A model generated the notes under the pieces. That model saw only the letters and a program-made list of their open reading frames with translations. It ran no database searches and was not told the DNA's origin. Source: a virus (taxonomy: Duplodnaviria; Caudoviricetes). From it: a stretch of 64,000 bases of DNA. Below are positions 1-8,760 of the stretch, one piece after another. A program made the translations under genes and the position numbers. Numbering within the stretch: position 1 is the stretch's first letter; every line of letters begins with the position of its first letter. The DNA lies in IMG/VR virus record IMGVR_UViG_3300025706_000001, positions 1 to 64,000 of that record. One strand, given 5' to 3'.

Positions 1-55
1 CGGTTTCCTTGTCTCAGGATGTCAAAAGTTCAGGTTAGCCTTTTGCCGGTCGTCC

Positions 56-98
56 CAAGGGGCGAGTCAAGCATCTCGCCATGCGGACTCGCCCCTTG
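56..98. terminator. GC-rich hairpin (13-bp inverted repeat), possible terminator or RNA-processing stem
   Basis: caaggggcgagtc (56-68) is the exact reverse complement of gactcgccccttg (86-98); intergenic, just downstream of the minus-strand ORF ending at 108; no clear U-tract. Confidence 0.45.
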
Positions 99-107
99 AA
101 ACGACCG

Positions 108-416
108 TCAGCCGTAGGTTGACTCCAGTTGCCGAGGGCGGTCCCTCGAAGCCGTGACGGTGGCCAGCCGTCGGTGCGGCCGTTCCCAATAGACGGGCCT
201 CTCGCCCGTGTCCTGTTCGTCCTGCTCTTGCGCAGGCTCGTCGATTTTGGTTTCGCTGGAGACGATTGCGTCGCTGCTGACTTCCTGCCAGCCGTCTCCG
301 CCGTAAGTGACAGTGTAGGCTGCGTTCGATGTGTCGTCCGTCGCGTCGGTTACATTGGACGAGGCATTGCTCGTCCAGTAGTAGAGTTTCGAGTTGTATC
401 CTTGGCGATAGAGCAT
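108..416 (-). CDS. hypothetical protein
   Basis: 102-aa ORF co-oriented with neighbours; no recognisable motif. Confidence 0.5.
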   Translation of the reverse strand: MLYRQGYNSKLYYWTSNASSNVTDATDDTSNAAYTVTYGGDGWQEVSSDAIVSSETKIDEPAQEQDEQDTGERPVYWERPHRRLATVTASRDRPRQLESTYG

Positions 417-448
417 GTGGCGTTTACTTGCGGATCGTCACATAGTAG

Positions 449-919
449 TCAGCGTTCAACCAGTTCCCATCCAAACAGTGGCTGCAAGCAGTCAGGGCAC
501 CGCCTAGGAGTGTGCTTGTTCAGAATGTTGGCGCAGTTCTGTCCAGGGCACCTCAGTTGGCCGTTTGGTCCCTGGCGTGGCGGGAGTGGCTTGGCATCCC
601 TGTTGTCGGTGAACACTGGAGCCGGTTGTTTTTCAGCTTCATCGCGAATGATCCATTGACTTTGGCAGTCGGGGCACAGCCACGTTGGAGGCGTGGACAG
701 GATAGCTTGCAGTCTGTCGTTTTCGGCCTCTGCCTTCGCCAGTTCAGCTTGCAATTGTTCCTGGCCGGCACAGGCTAGTTTTGCGATTAACCCCAGGCGT
801 TCGATCTCATCAATCGCGCACGACTCGCAAAACCGCACGTCTTCGTCCAGTGGGTCCATTCCATCAGGAACGCACATGCTTTGGTGGCACTTGCGGAATT
901 CGTAGTCTTCTGGGGTCAT
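449..919 (-). CDS. hypothetical protein with Cys pairs (putative Zn-binding) and a coiled coil
   Basis: CESC, CPDC, CPGQNC and CPDC motifs; probable start MTPEDY at 919. Confidence 0.6.
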   Translation of the reverse strand: MTPEDYEFRKCHQSMCVPDGMDPLDEDVRFCESCAIDEIERLGLIAKLACAGQEQLQAELAKAEAENDRLQAILSTPPTWLCPDCQSQWIIRDEAEKQPAPVFTDNRDAKPLPPRQGPNGQLRCPGQNCANILNKHTPRRCPDCLQPLFGWELVER

Positions 920-947
920 GGCTAAGGTTCTTTCTGGACTTTTGCTT

Positions 948-1565
948 CTACGCGAGTTTCCCACCGTGACGGATCGGGCGCGTTTGGTTGTAGGCGTGCT
1001 TGAGTTCAATCAGAGACCACAAGTCCACTCCACATTGCCTCGCAAATGCGCAGCAGACGATTATCGTCTCTGACAGAGTCACGGCCGCATCGTCCTGGAA
1101 CACGTTTTCCTTGCAGTCGTAGATTACTGCGATTGCTGTGTGCAGAGTCGCAGTGAACCTTGGTGTGTCAGCGGCATGTTCGCTGCTGATTACGAACTCA
1201 GTCTCTTGGTCTTGGTCTTGGCATTGCCACTGGTACGCCCCCATTGTGTCGGCGATGCGGATCAGCAGGTCCGCGATCTCGACCCAGAAGCCTTCGGGCT
1301 TTGGCTCAGCATTTGTAAATGCTTTCCGGTTGGCTATGACGCAATCGTCTCTGTCTTGATGGTAAAATCCCTCACAGTCGGACCACCACATGCCCATTCT
1401 ATCCGCCCGGTACTCTTCCCACGCTTCTGAGATTTCGCTGTGGAAGTTGGCGACGATCTCAGCGACGCTGCGGTTCTCGATGCCGTCTTGCCACCAGCCC
1501 TTTTCCAGGGCAAGTTCGTGGATTCGTTGTGACCACTCGGTGATTTTCTGTACGTCAGTGCTCAC
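948..1565 (-). CDS. MazG-like / all-alpha NTP pyrophosphohydrolase
   Basis: HSEISEAWEEYR...PEGFWVEIADLLIRIAD (ExxE..ExAD acidic motif) and C-terminal KHAYNQTRPIRHGGK typical of phage MazG-like proteins; GGAGG RBS before GTG at 1565. Confidence 0.8.
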   Translation of the reverse strand: MSTDVQKITEWSQRIHELALEKGWWQDGIENRSVAEIVANFHSEISEAWEEYRADRMGMWWSDCEGFYHQDRDDCVIANRKAFTNAEPKPEGFWVEIADLLIRIADTMGAYQWQCQDQDQETEFVISSEHAADTPRFTATLHTAIAVIYDCKENVFQDDAAVTLSETIIVCCAFARQCGVDLWSLIELKHAYNQTRPIRHGGKLA

Positions 1566-1603
1566 GTTACCTCCTGTTGTGTGTTTGTAAAGATCGGGAA
1601 TTT

Positions 1604-1810
1604 TCACTCAAGTCCCTTCGGCATCCAGTTGTTCTTCTTGTCTTTTCCGTGGTGTTTACGATCTTCACGGGTGATCTTGATGTTTTTAGGGCAATCCAGA
1701 CCAATTCTGACCATAGCTGAGTTGTACATTCCATCCACCTTTAGGACGGTGATCCAGATATCTTCGCCAATCCGTATGCGTTCGCCAACCTTTCGACTCA
1801 GCACAAGCAT
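1604..1810 (-). CDS. csrA: carbon storage regulator CsrA/RsmA homologue
   Basis: MLVLSRKVGERIRIGEDIWITVLKV...VRIGLDCPKNIKITRE matches the CsrA consensus. Confidence 0.9.
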   Translation of the reverse strand: MLVLSRKVGERIRIGEDIWITVLKVDGMYNSAMVRIGLDCPKNIKITREDRKHHGKDKKNNWMPKGLE

Positions 1811-1847
1811 TTTCAGGCCCTACTTTAAGCGAGACATTTGGTTGTTG

Positions 1848-2102
1848 TTAGTCCGGCATCTTCGCGCCATGTTGCCGTTGCCACGCCCGCATTTCCGCCG
1901 CCAAGTGCATGGCGCGTTCACCCTTGGCCCGTGTTGCAGCCAGGGCCTCGGACTTTTCTGGGTTCGTCGAGTTCTGTGACATGCACATGGCTGCCCAGCA
2001 CTGTACGGCTGCGGGGGCAAAGGCGTCCCGGCTTCGGAAGACCATGACGGGTTCGTCGGTTGGGATGGATTGTAGGTATTCGATGCCTTCAGTTGGTGCC
2101 AT
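1848..2102 (-). CDS. hypothetical phage protein
   Basis: 84 aa; DEPVMVFRSRDAFAPAAV motif; GGAG RBS. Confidence 0.7.
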   Translation of the reverse strand: MAPTEGIEYLQSIPTDEPVMVFRSRDAFAPAAVQCWAAMCMSQNSTNPEKSEALAATRAKGERAMHLAAEMRAWQRQHGAKMPD

Positions 2103-2325
2103 GCTGTTCCAGCTCCTTCTGGTCGCTCGGTTTCTCGAAGTGGATCTGTCGCTCAGCTGGAGTACATCCCATGAAGACCTCCCATCGTGTCATTTCGACA
2201 TTCTGGCGACGGTAGACTTCGACTTGGATTCCGGCCTGATACCAAGCGAGCCACACGAAACCAAGAATAAAAAATGCCAGGAATGTCGTCGCAAGACATC
2301 CGATAATGTTTCTGTCTGAGTCCAT
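2089..2325 (-). CDS. small membrane protein
   Basis: one hydrophobic segment IIGCLATTFLAFFILGFVWLAWY; GGAG RBS. Confidence 0.65.
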   Translation of the reverse strand: MDSDRNIIGCLATTFLAFFILGFVWLAWYQAGIQVEVYRRQNVEMTRWEVFMGCTPAERQIHFEKPSDQKELEQHGTN

Positions 2326-2365
2326 TGTACGGGCTCCGCCTGTTGTCAAAAGTTCATTGGTTGGG

Positions 2366-2593
2366 TTAATGTAGGCTCGCCACTGCTCGCTGATCTAGGG
2401 CCTGCATCAAGGCAGTGGCCTGCTCGCCTGCAAGATAATACTTGCGTCCTTCGCTACAATATACAGTGATTGTCTCGCCTTCTACTGGTGTTCCAGTGAC
2501 GTATAGGATCGCGTCCAGGTTAAACCAAGTCGGCGTTTCCTTGCCGTCAGGCTGCCATCCATTATCCATGATCTTGATAAATTGAGCCGGCAT
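2366..2593 (-). CDS. hypothetical protein
   Basis: 75-aa ORF with GAGG RBS. Confidence 0.65.
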   Translation of the reverse strand: MPAQFIKIMDNGWQPDGKETPTWFNLDAILYVTGTPVEGETITVYCSEGRKYYLAGEQATALMQALDQRAVASLH

Positions 2594-2613
2594 TGAGAGC
2601 CTCTCTAGTGAAA

Positions 2614-2642
2614 CAAAAGTTCAAGTTGGACCACTGAGAATC
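2614..2642 (-). repeat. intergenic direct repeat copy 1 containing the TGAACTTTTG box
   Basis: caaaagttcaagttggaccactgagaatc vs caaaagttcaaattggatcactgaggatc at 2950-2978 (26/29 identical). Confidence 0.8.
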
Positions 2643-2644
2643 AG

Positions 2645-2929
2645 CTACGTGAACATACACAGCGAGTCAATGCCACTGTCGTATCCGACGCCGCATCGCA
2701 CGAGGTCGCGGACTTCATTGTCGGTCAGTTGTGCGATTTGTTCGCTGGTGACATCCAGATAGATCTCGTCGTGTTCAGACGCACTGACGATATCGCCTTT
2801 GCCACCAGGAAATCGACGGTCGAGCCACATGAAAGCGTGCAAGTCCGGCCTTTGGCTCATCTTGCTCTTCACGTCCTCAAACTTGAGGTAGTCGTCGCTG
2901 AATTGTTTCCACTGCGCATGAGTGTTCAT
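2645..2929 (-). CDS. hypothetical phage protein
   Basis: 94-aa ORF (RPDLHAF...SASEHDEIYL...LVRCGV) flanked by the direct repeats. Confidence 0.7.
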   Translation of the reverse strand: MNTHAQWKQFSDDYLKFEDVKSKMSQRPDLHAFMWLDRRFPGGKGDIVSASEHDEIYLDVTSEQIAQLTDNEVRDLVRCGVGYDSGIDSLCMFT

Positions 2930-2949
2930 TTCGCATCCCCGTTTGTTAG

Positions 2950-2978
2950 CAAAAGTTCAAATTGGATCACTGAGGATC
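2950..2978 (-). repeat. intergenic direct repeat copy 2 containing the TGAACTTTTG box
   Basis: near-identical to 2614-2642; box lies 21 nt upstream of the ATG in both copies. Confidence 0.8.
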
Positions 2979-2985
2979 GGTTGCA

Positions 2986-3258
2986 TCACCGTGCCGCGTT
3001 GTGTGTGTCGCAGATGTTTTGCGCCAGTTCCTTGTACGGCAAGTCGCCGACGATCAGCACCACCTGCTTGCCGACCTTTGCCGACACGCCGTAGTCGCCG
3101 TGACCCATGCCGCGATCTCTGGAGCAGACTTGCCACTTCGCCTTGACCACACGCTCAATGCACTTGTTGATGAAGTCAATAAGCTCTACTCGATGCGAGC
3201 TTTTCTTGCGTTTTGCCCAGTCACTTACCTGCCCGTGAATCCATAGCGTCACACTCAT
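2986..3258 (-). CDS. hypothetical protein
   Basis: 90-aa ORF, GGAAGG RBS. Confidence 0.6.
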   Translation of the reverse strand: MSVTLWIHGQVSDWAKRKKSSHRVELIDFINKCIERVVKAKWQVCSRDRGMGHGDYGVSAKVGKQVVLIVGDLPYKELAQNICDTHNAAR

Positions 3259-3314
3259 TGCGCACCTTCCTCTTTGTTTGTTGATTTCGACTTCATTTTC
3301 ATCCCAAATGAAGG

Positions 3315-4223
3315 CTATGTCACCGCGCCGACGAGGTACGGATCTGGTTCTTCGTCAGGAAATCCGCGCCAGTAAGCTAGTTCCCAGGTCGCGGTGTCCG
3401 AATCGTTATTGAACTCACTTTTGTCAGAGGGCATGTGGTTTCGGATTGAGTTTGCCAGTTTGTCACACAGGGCGTCCATTGCTGTTGTTTCACCATGACA
3501 GATGGTCATGTCAATGCCGTTGATGACGCGGTTGGCGAAGTGAACGCCCATTGCAGTGGCGAGTTCTTGGACTTGCGCGGGTGTTGGTCCGACAGCAATC
3601 TTGGTCCAGCCTGTAGGGTGATGTTGAGGCAGTGACCAGGCATGGCTGCTGGACACTGGGTTGCCGCCGCGTCCGTCGTGGATTGAATTTACCCACCCAG
3701 TGAACCGCTTGACAGCTTTGTCAACCGTCACGACTTCAACCTCGAACGGGATCTCGTCAAAGGGCACAGGTGATCCCAACACAACCCCATAGCCCCTGGC
3801 CAACAACCGCGCCTTCATGTGCTTCAGACCATACTTGCGTGTACGGCGCGAAAACGAGGCCCACTTCTCAAGTGGTACAAAGACAATCCCCAGGTGAAGA
3901 CCGCAGGTTCCCAGAACGTGCGTGGCGTGGTTAATCCACTTGCGCCGCAAGCGTGGCCGACATTCTCGACAGTGCCAGCACATGCAGTCGGGGGCAAAAC
4001 TTGCCGAGCGGTCGTCCTTGCGGTAGGTGTGGCATCGGTTGCGATAACACATCGGTCGATCCTCCGTTGCTGGGACCGATTCCGGGTCGCACCCAAGAAT
4101 GCAAGCAGCCGCCGCTAAACAGCCGTCCCCACGCACCCGACGAAGAGAAGTGGGAAAACTGCCTAGCGACGGCTGTTTGAATTCTTGGATTCCGTCGCAG
4201 CTTCGTCGGGTGCGTTCGGTCAT
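3315..4223 (-). CDS. hypothetical protein with a CxCWxCxxC Zn motif (faint resemblance to Rep-type initiators)
   Basis: DCMCWHCRECRPRLRRKW; no clear HUH motif. Confidence 0.55.
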   Translation of the reverse strand: MTERTRRSCDGIQEFKQPSLGSFPTSLRRVRGDGCLAAAACILGCDPESVPATEDRPMCYRNRCHTYRKDDRSASFAPDCMCWHCRECRPRLRRKWINHATHVLGTCGLHLGIVFVPLEKWASFSRRTRKYGLKHMKARLLARGYGVVLGSPVPFDEIPFEVEVVTVDKAVKRFTGWVNSIHDGRGGNPVSSSHAWSLPQHHPTGWTKIAVGPTPAQVQELATAMGVHFANRVINGIDMTICHGETTAMDALCDKLANSIRNHMPSDKSEFNNDSDTATWELAYWRGFPDEEPDPYLVGAVT

Positions 4224-4267
4224 GGCTCATCATCCTTGTTTCAGGCTGCCGTGTCAACACCAAAATC

Positions 4268-4639
4268 TCAATATCGACCATCTTCCGCCTGCCTCGGACT
4301 CTGGTCCTGCTGACGGCGTTGCCACACGACCCAGCCGTTGTCTGGCAGGTAATTGCCATCTCGGTCCTTGTGTTTGGCAAACAGTGTGCCACCAGTGCGA
4401 TGCTGGCCGAAGTCTAGTTTTGCCCCACACGCCGCGCAAGACAGCGAGTAGTAGTCGTTGCCTTCCTTATCTTGGCGGTGAAATGCAGTGAGTCGCTGGC
4501 CTTTGCACTTGCCGCACTCGGTTTGTCCGAAGACTTCCTGAAGTTCGGACATAGCCTTGACGGCGGACTTCACGTCGTCGGCTTCCACTTCGATTTGGTA
4601 GCCAGTGCCTGTGTTATATCGGACTGTCGCCTTAGCCAT
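4268..4639 (-). CDS. conserved phage Zn-ribbon protein
   Basis: CGKC...CAAC-GAKLDFGQ; AAAGG RBS before MAKATV. Confidence 0.7.
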   Translation of the reverse strand: MAKATVRYNTGTGYQIEVEADDVKSAVKAMSELQEVFGQTECGKCKGQRLTAFHRQDKEGNDYYSLSCAACGAKLDFGQHRTGGTLFAKHKDRDGNYLPDNGWVVWQRRQQDQSPRQAEDGRY

Positions 4640-4655
4640 CGTCTTGGCACCCTTT

Positions 4656-5069
4656 CTACTGAATCCACGAACAATTCGTCTTGATTTCCTCACGGCTCGC
4701 GTGCGCCACCACGGGGTCGATGTACTGCTCGCCCGTCTTGAAGGTCAACAGTTCTGGCGTGAACCATCGTCGAATCGGGATCTGGTCTTCGTAGGCGTCG
4801 AGCCAGGACAGGTCGGCCAGCAGGCGGTCGCCATCGACCCAGACGCGATCGACGTAGCCAAGAACGTCAGGTTCTGGCCGATCGTCGTTTGGTCCCCTGG
4901 TGTTTCCTGATGTCACTGCGGCTCGCCAACCAGTTAATTCGACCATTCTTCGCGTCATCGTGTCCGCGATCCGCTGCAAGGCATCGCGGTCGATCGGCGC
5001 AGGTGTCCCATCGGCTCGGTGGGCGTTTAGGTCGATTCCAAAGATCGGTACGTTAGTGGTTTTCTTCAT
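4656..5069 (-). CDS. paralogue of the prohead protease domain, catalytic residues apparently substituted
   Basis: aligns by eye to the 47118-48977 protein: GNT..EPDVLGY vs GHT..EPPILGY; RRWFTPELLTFKTGEQYIDPV vs RRSVELWTFKDGRAHFDPI. Confidence 0.7.
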   Translation of the reverse strand: MKKTTNVPIFGIDLNAHRADGTPAPIDRDALQRIADTMTRRMVELTGWRAAVTSGNTRGPNDDRPEPDVLGYVDRVWVDGDRLLADLSWLDAYEDQIPIRRWFTPELLTFKTGEQYIDPVVAHASREEIKTNCSWIQ

Positions 5070-5134
5070 CGTCTTGTTCCTTGATCCCCGGTTTTGACCA
5101 GTTGCTCTCAACCTTGCGATCAAATTATCGTCCG

Positions 5135-5578
5135 TTACGACGTTATTTCAGCAGCACGCCCGGCCAACTCCAGAACTTTGTCATGTGCCATGCGGCACTC
5201 ATTCTCGCTCAGTCCTCCCTGGGTTCCTCCGTAGTGCAACTGTTTGAGGACGTACTCGACGAGCTTCGTTTCCGCAGCGGTCTTCTCAATACTCCATTTC
5301 TTCGCGGCTTTGAGGAACGAATCCTCGCCGTAGTCGCCGCTCATCAGCCATTCCACATCCCGCGCCGCATTAGCAGCACCTTCCAGGGCCGCAGCACAGC
5401 GTCTCATTGCGTCCAGGACGGGCCGGGGGAATGCTGTGATCGTTTCACCGTAGTCGTCGGTGAACGTCTTACTGTGCTTCTCTACGTCGCCGCAAATGGC
5501 ATCCGCAAGGTCCCGGACCTGTCCGTATCGGTCGTCGTAGTGTCCGCCGCTCATGCTTGAACCTGCCGTTTTTTCCAT
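5135..5578 (-). CDS. hypothetical phage protein
   Basis: MSGGHYD...DVEWLMSGDYGEDSF motif. Confidence 0.65.
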   Translation of the reverse strand: MEKTAGSSMSGGHYDDRYGQVRDLADAICGDVEKHSKTFTDDYGETITAFPRPVLDAMRRCAAALEGAANAARDVEWLMSGDYGEDSFLKAAKKWSIEKTAAETKLVEYVLKQLHYGGTQGGLSENECRMAHDKVLELAGRAAEITS

Positions 5579-5740
5579 GCGTCAACGGCCGCAACGACTT
5601 CCTGTTCAAATCCGTCGTCGCAAAGCTGTTCAATTAGGGTTGCCGGTGACTCATCAATGAACAAGTGCAAGTCAGTTCCACACGGTTCGACTTTGATTTC
5701 AGACACGGTGAATTCGACCATCTCTATGTGCCTTTCTGCT

Positions 5741-6223
5741 TTACGGCTTATCGGCCTTCATGGCTTTCAGCGTGGCATGAATCGTCTTTAATTCATCCAG
5801 GATCGCATTTAGCAGGTCGTTCCGCATCATACCGATGCCGTCTGACTGGCTTTCTTGCCGCTGTTCCGCCTGTTTTTCTCGGCGGACATGTGGCTTGATC
5901 TCTCGCATTCGGTCCTCGATTGCATGAAGTTTTGCAGTCAACTCGACCTGCTTCTTTTCCATCGGACCTTTGATGCGCATCCATGCGGCATAGCTTTCGG
6001 CTTCCGGAAGATCTTTGGCGCGGATTGCAGCATGGTGTTTCCCGAAGTCCCGGCCGATCAAAGTAAGCTGATGCTGGATTGTTTGTTTGTCCGAAACGAG
6101 GCTGTCCCATTCGTCGCAGTAGGACGCGAACTTGGCCGATGGCGGTCGAGCGTCTTCGCGGCTTGCCTGCGACACGTTAACTTGCTTCACGTCGTCAATT
6201 GGTCGCTGTCTCGTAATCGCCAT
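5741..6223 (-). CDS. coiled-coil hypothetical protein
   Basis: 160 aa, helical and charged; GGAGG upstream. Confidence 0.6.
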   Translation of the reverse strand: MAITRQRPIDDVKQVNVSQASREDARPPSAKFASYCDEWDSLVSDKQTIQHQLTLIGRDFGKHHAAIRAKDLPEAESYAAWMRIKGPMEKKQVELTAKLHAIEDRMREIKPHVRREKQAEQRQESQSDGIGMMRNDLLNAILDELKTIHATLKAMKADKP

Positions 6224-6227
6224 CGAC

Positions 6228-6575
6228 TTATTTTTCCTCCTGTGCCAGAAACCCGGCCGTCACGCCATTGGCAGCAAGTTCAATGACACGAGCACGCACT
6301 TCCTGTTTTGTGGCGTACTCCTCGATGCGGATGCCATAGATTGAAAATGGGTCGGATGCTAACTCAGGACAATCTGGCAACAATCCGCGAGATTTGCATT
6401 CATCCTTTAGGCACTGCATTTCTTCGTGCGTCAGAATCCATGTGTCAGGCCCACGTTCCATGCGTATTCGACGAAATTCACGCATGGCGCGGCGAACGTC
6501 TTCGGTCGTCGGCATCGCGTTCGTGCTCGTTGGGCCGGCAGTCGTTCCAGCCCAGTCGTCGCTCCAAGAGTTCAT
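6228..6575 (-). CDS. hypothetical protein
   Basis: 115-aa ORF tightly packed in the operon. Confidence 0.6.
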   Translation of the reverse strand: MNSWSDDWAGTTAGPTSTNAMPTTEDVRRAMREFRRIRMERGPDTWILTHEEMQCLKDECKSRGLLPDCPELASDPFSIYGIRIEEYATKQEVRARVIELAANGVTAGFLAQEEK

Positions 6576-6582
6576 TTTGTCA

Positions 6583-7086
6583 CTATTCGGATTTCTTTTT
6601 GAGTTTCTCGATCTGGTCTTGTGTCAGGTTCAGCGGCGCGAATACCTTCGCAGATCGGCTACCAGACTTACTGACCACGCAGGCAACGACTTCCAGATCG
6701 CACGGCTTCGTTTCCCGTGTGGCTGTGCCCACGACCCTGTACATCGCCTCGTCAATCTGGTAGACCGTGACACGTTCTTTTGCGACTACGCCCAGGTTGC
6801 AAACAGTTCTTGTGATAGCGCCGAGCTTGACGGCGACCGGCAGGGATTCTTTCCAGCGACTGGTTAACACAGCCTTACTGGGGTTGTCTCGCCTTTGGTA
6901 TGCCGACCTAATGAGACTTGCTTGTTCTTTAGTAACCGGAATTAGCTTGCCGTGGAAGTATTTTTCGCCACAAGCCAAGTTGTGTCCATCGGTTGTCAGG
7001 TACAGTGGTCCATTGCACGGCTTGCCGTCAACAAGGACCTGGCAGCGGGGGATGCCGTCCAAGTCGTGTGCTAAGAAGGTGGTCAT
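6583..7086 (-). CDS. hypothetical protein
   Basis: 167-aa ORF with AGGA RBS. Confidence 0.6.
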   Translation of the reverse strand: MTTFLAHDLDGIPRCQVLVDGKPCNGPLYLTTDGHNLACGEKYFHGKLIPVTKEQASLIRSAYQRRDNPSKAVLTSRWKESLPVAVKLGAITRTVCNLGVVAKERVTVYQIDEAMYRVVGTATRETKPCDLEVVACVVSKSGSRSAKVFAPLNLTQDQIEKLKKKSE

Positions 7087-7179
7087 GGTTGATCCTGGGG
7101 TTCGTTCTCGCTATCAAGAGTGCAGTCTTCGTCTACGACTTGCGCCACCCGGCCACAAAAGTTTTGTTTGGACGTTTGC

Positions 7180-7401
7180 TTAAAACTGGTCACTTAGTCC
7201 TTCGTCAGGGCCGGCTCCGCCACTTGCCAGGATGTGCGACTGAAGCCACTCCAGAAGATTCAGTTTGATCTCCTCTGCGTCGAATTCGCTGTCAACGCGA
7301 AAGATGAACGGCTCTTCCCGATCTGGAAAGCCCAGTGCAATATCTTGTTTTCCGACTTGCACGATGTTGTCATTCCAGACGATCTTAGTGGCTTTCCACA
7401 T
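7180..7401 (-). CDS. hypothetical protein
   Basis: 73-aa ORF with AAGGA RBS. Confidence 0.6.
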   Translation of the reverse strand: MWKATKIVWNDNIVQVGKQDIALGFPDREEPFIFRVDSEFDAEEIKLNLLEWLQSHILASGGAGPDEGLSDQF

Positions 7402-7426
7402 GGCATGATTCCTTTTTGACCTTTTG

Positions 7427-7867
7427 TTAGAACGGCAGGTTGTTGTCGTCGTAGGTCTCAGCCCCGGAAGGTTCCGGGGCCTCGCTGGGGTCTCGTGGCG
7501 GTGCCGAGTCGGCTTCTCGTCGCTGACCTCCGCCGTCGCCCTTGCTGCCTACCATCTGCATTCGCTCACACACGACGCGCAGCTTGGAACGCTTCTGGCC
7601 GTCCTTCTCCCACTTGTCTAGCTTCAGACGGCCTTCAATGAGCACTGGCGACCCCTTATGCAGGTATTCAGCCAAGATCTCGGCCGTCTTGCTCCAGAAG
7701 GTCACGTCCACGAAGGTCGCCTCTTCTACCCATTCTCCGGCCGCGTTCTTGCGTTTGTCGTTGACTGCAATGCTGACATCGCAGACTTTGGTGCCACTTG
7801 GGATGGACTTCAATTCGGGGTCGGCGCATAGATTCCCAAGGATGATGACTTTGTTGAAACTCGCCAC
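7427..7867 (-). CDS. ssb: single-stranded DNA-binding protein
   Basis: MASFNKVIILGNL..DPEL, YLHKGSPVLIEGRLKLDKWEKDGQKRSKL, acidic tail ending DDNNLPF. Confidence 0.95.
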   Translation of the reverse strand: MASFNKVIILGNLCADPELKSIPSGTKVCDVSIAVNDKRKNAAGEWVEEATFVDVTFWSKTAEILAEYLHKGSPVLIEGRLKLDKWEKDGQKRSKLRVVCERMQMVGSKGDGGGQRREADSAPPRDPSEAPEPSGAETYDDNNLPF

Positions 7868-7903
7868 TTTGGGTTACTCCTTCAGTTCTTGTTTTGTGCT
7901 GGG

Positions 7904-8296
7904 TCAGAACGGCTGGTCATCCTGCTCGGCCTTTGGCTCGTCCTGGACGGCTGGGGCTGGCTCGTCCGGAATGAGCGTCTGTTGCACCGGAGTCTGATTC
8001 TTCGGTCCCCTCTTCGTGTTCTTGTCTTTCCTGGTCTTTCGGCTCTTAGTGGCGCTGCACGCATCGGCCACCGTTTCGGCCGCTGCGAGCTTTGCCTGCG
8101 CGTCGTCACGAATCAGCTTCAGATTGTCCAGGTACGCCTTCTCTGCCTCATCCAGCGTGTCCTGGGCCTCTTTGGCGATGCGTCGCAGGTTCTTCAGGTA
8201 CTCGGAGTACTCTACGCCTTCACTGGCAGCGTTGGCGGCCTCATTGATGACGGCGGCCAGGGTGTCGAGAGATGGTTGGATTGCTTGTTCTGCCAC
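7904..8296 (-). CDS. hypothetical coiled-coil/basic protein ending in DDQPF
   Basis: AGGAG RBS; SSB-like acidic-PF tail. Confidence 0.65.
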   Translation of the reverse strand: MAEQAIQPSLDTLAAVINEAANAASEGVEYSEYLKNLRRIAKEAQDTLDEAEKAYLDNLKLIRDDAQAKLAAAETVADACSATKSRKTRKDKNTKRGPKNQTPVQQTLIPDEPAPAVQDEPKAEQDDQPF

Positions 8297-8388
8297 TGGG
8301 AACTCCTTGGTTTTAGTTGTTGCAAACTAGCCCGTTATCTACGCGACGGCAACGGGCCGAATCCGTCCACACAACATTAAACGACAGA

Positions 8389-8543
8389 GGGACCGGCAGG
8401 ACTTGAACCTGCAAGAGCCGTCATGCTTTCATCGTTACTCCGCAATACGTTTTTGGTTTCCCTCACGTACTCGCGGAACGTCAGCCTTGACACCACGCCC
8501 TGCTGCTTGTGGCAAGCACACATCTCCGATCTGTCACGGTCCC
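8389..8543 (-). ncRNA. tRNA-like RNA with a ~90-nt variable arm
   Basis: acceptor GGGACCG/CGGUCCC, D arm ACA-GAUCGGAGA-UGU, anticodon-like hairpin UGCUU-GCCAC-AAGCA, T arm GCAGG-UUCAAGU-CCUGC; no encoded CCA. Confidence 0.7.
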
Positions 8544-8546
8544 AAA

Positions 8547-8760
8547 ACCCGGCTTTCGCCGGGCCACGCAGACGACCTACCTGACAATCTCGGTTTGGGC
8601 CGCACGATTTCGCGGCTCGATTCCCGGTCGAGTACAGGCACGTCGGTATCCAGCCGCGCGTGCTTCACCCCGTGCTTATCGACGCCTCTTTGGTTAAGTG
8701 AGGGCCTCTGGATAGGTTTGCCCCATCTCCACCATACCCACGTCGCCGGTTGTCGTCTTA
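8547..8760 (-). ncRNA. putative structured RNA domain upstream of the tRNA-like element
   Basis: no convincing ORF; closing stem AGACGAC(8758-8752)/GUCGUCU(8576-8570), internal hairpins, CCCGGC-GAAA-GCCGGG GNRA hairpin. Confidence 0.45.

Noticed and set aside
3315-4223. Rolling-circle Rep protein
   Set aside because: Zn motif is suggestive but no HUH or catalytic Tyr motif is recognisable
8425-8486. Hammerhead ribozyme (CUGACG...GAAA)
   Set aside because: Core is CUGACGU rather than CUGANGA, and the stems do not flank GAAA correctly
8389-8543. Canonical tRNA-Trp or tmRNA
   Set aside because: Anticodon loop lacks U33 and canonical geometry, the variable arm is ~90 nt, and there is no G3-U70 pair or tag reading frame; kept only as tRNA-like
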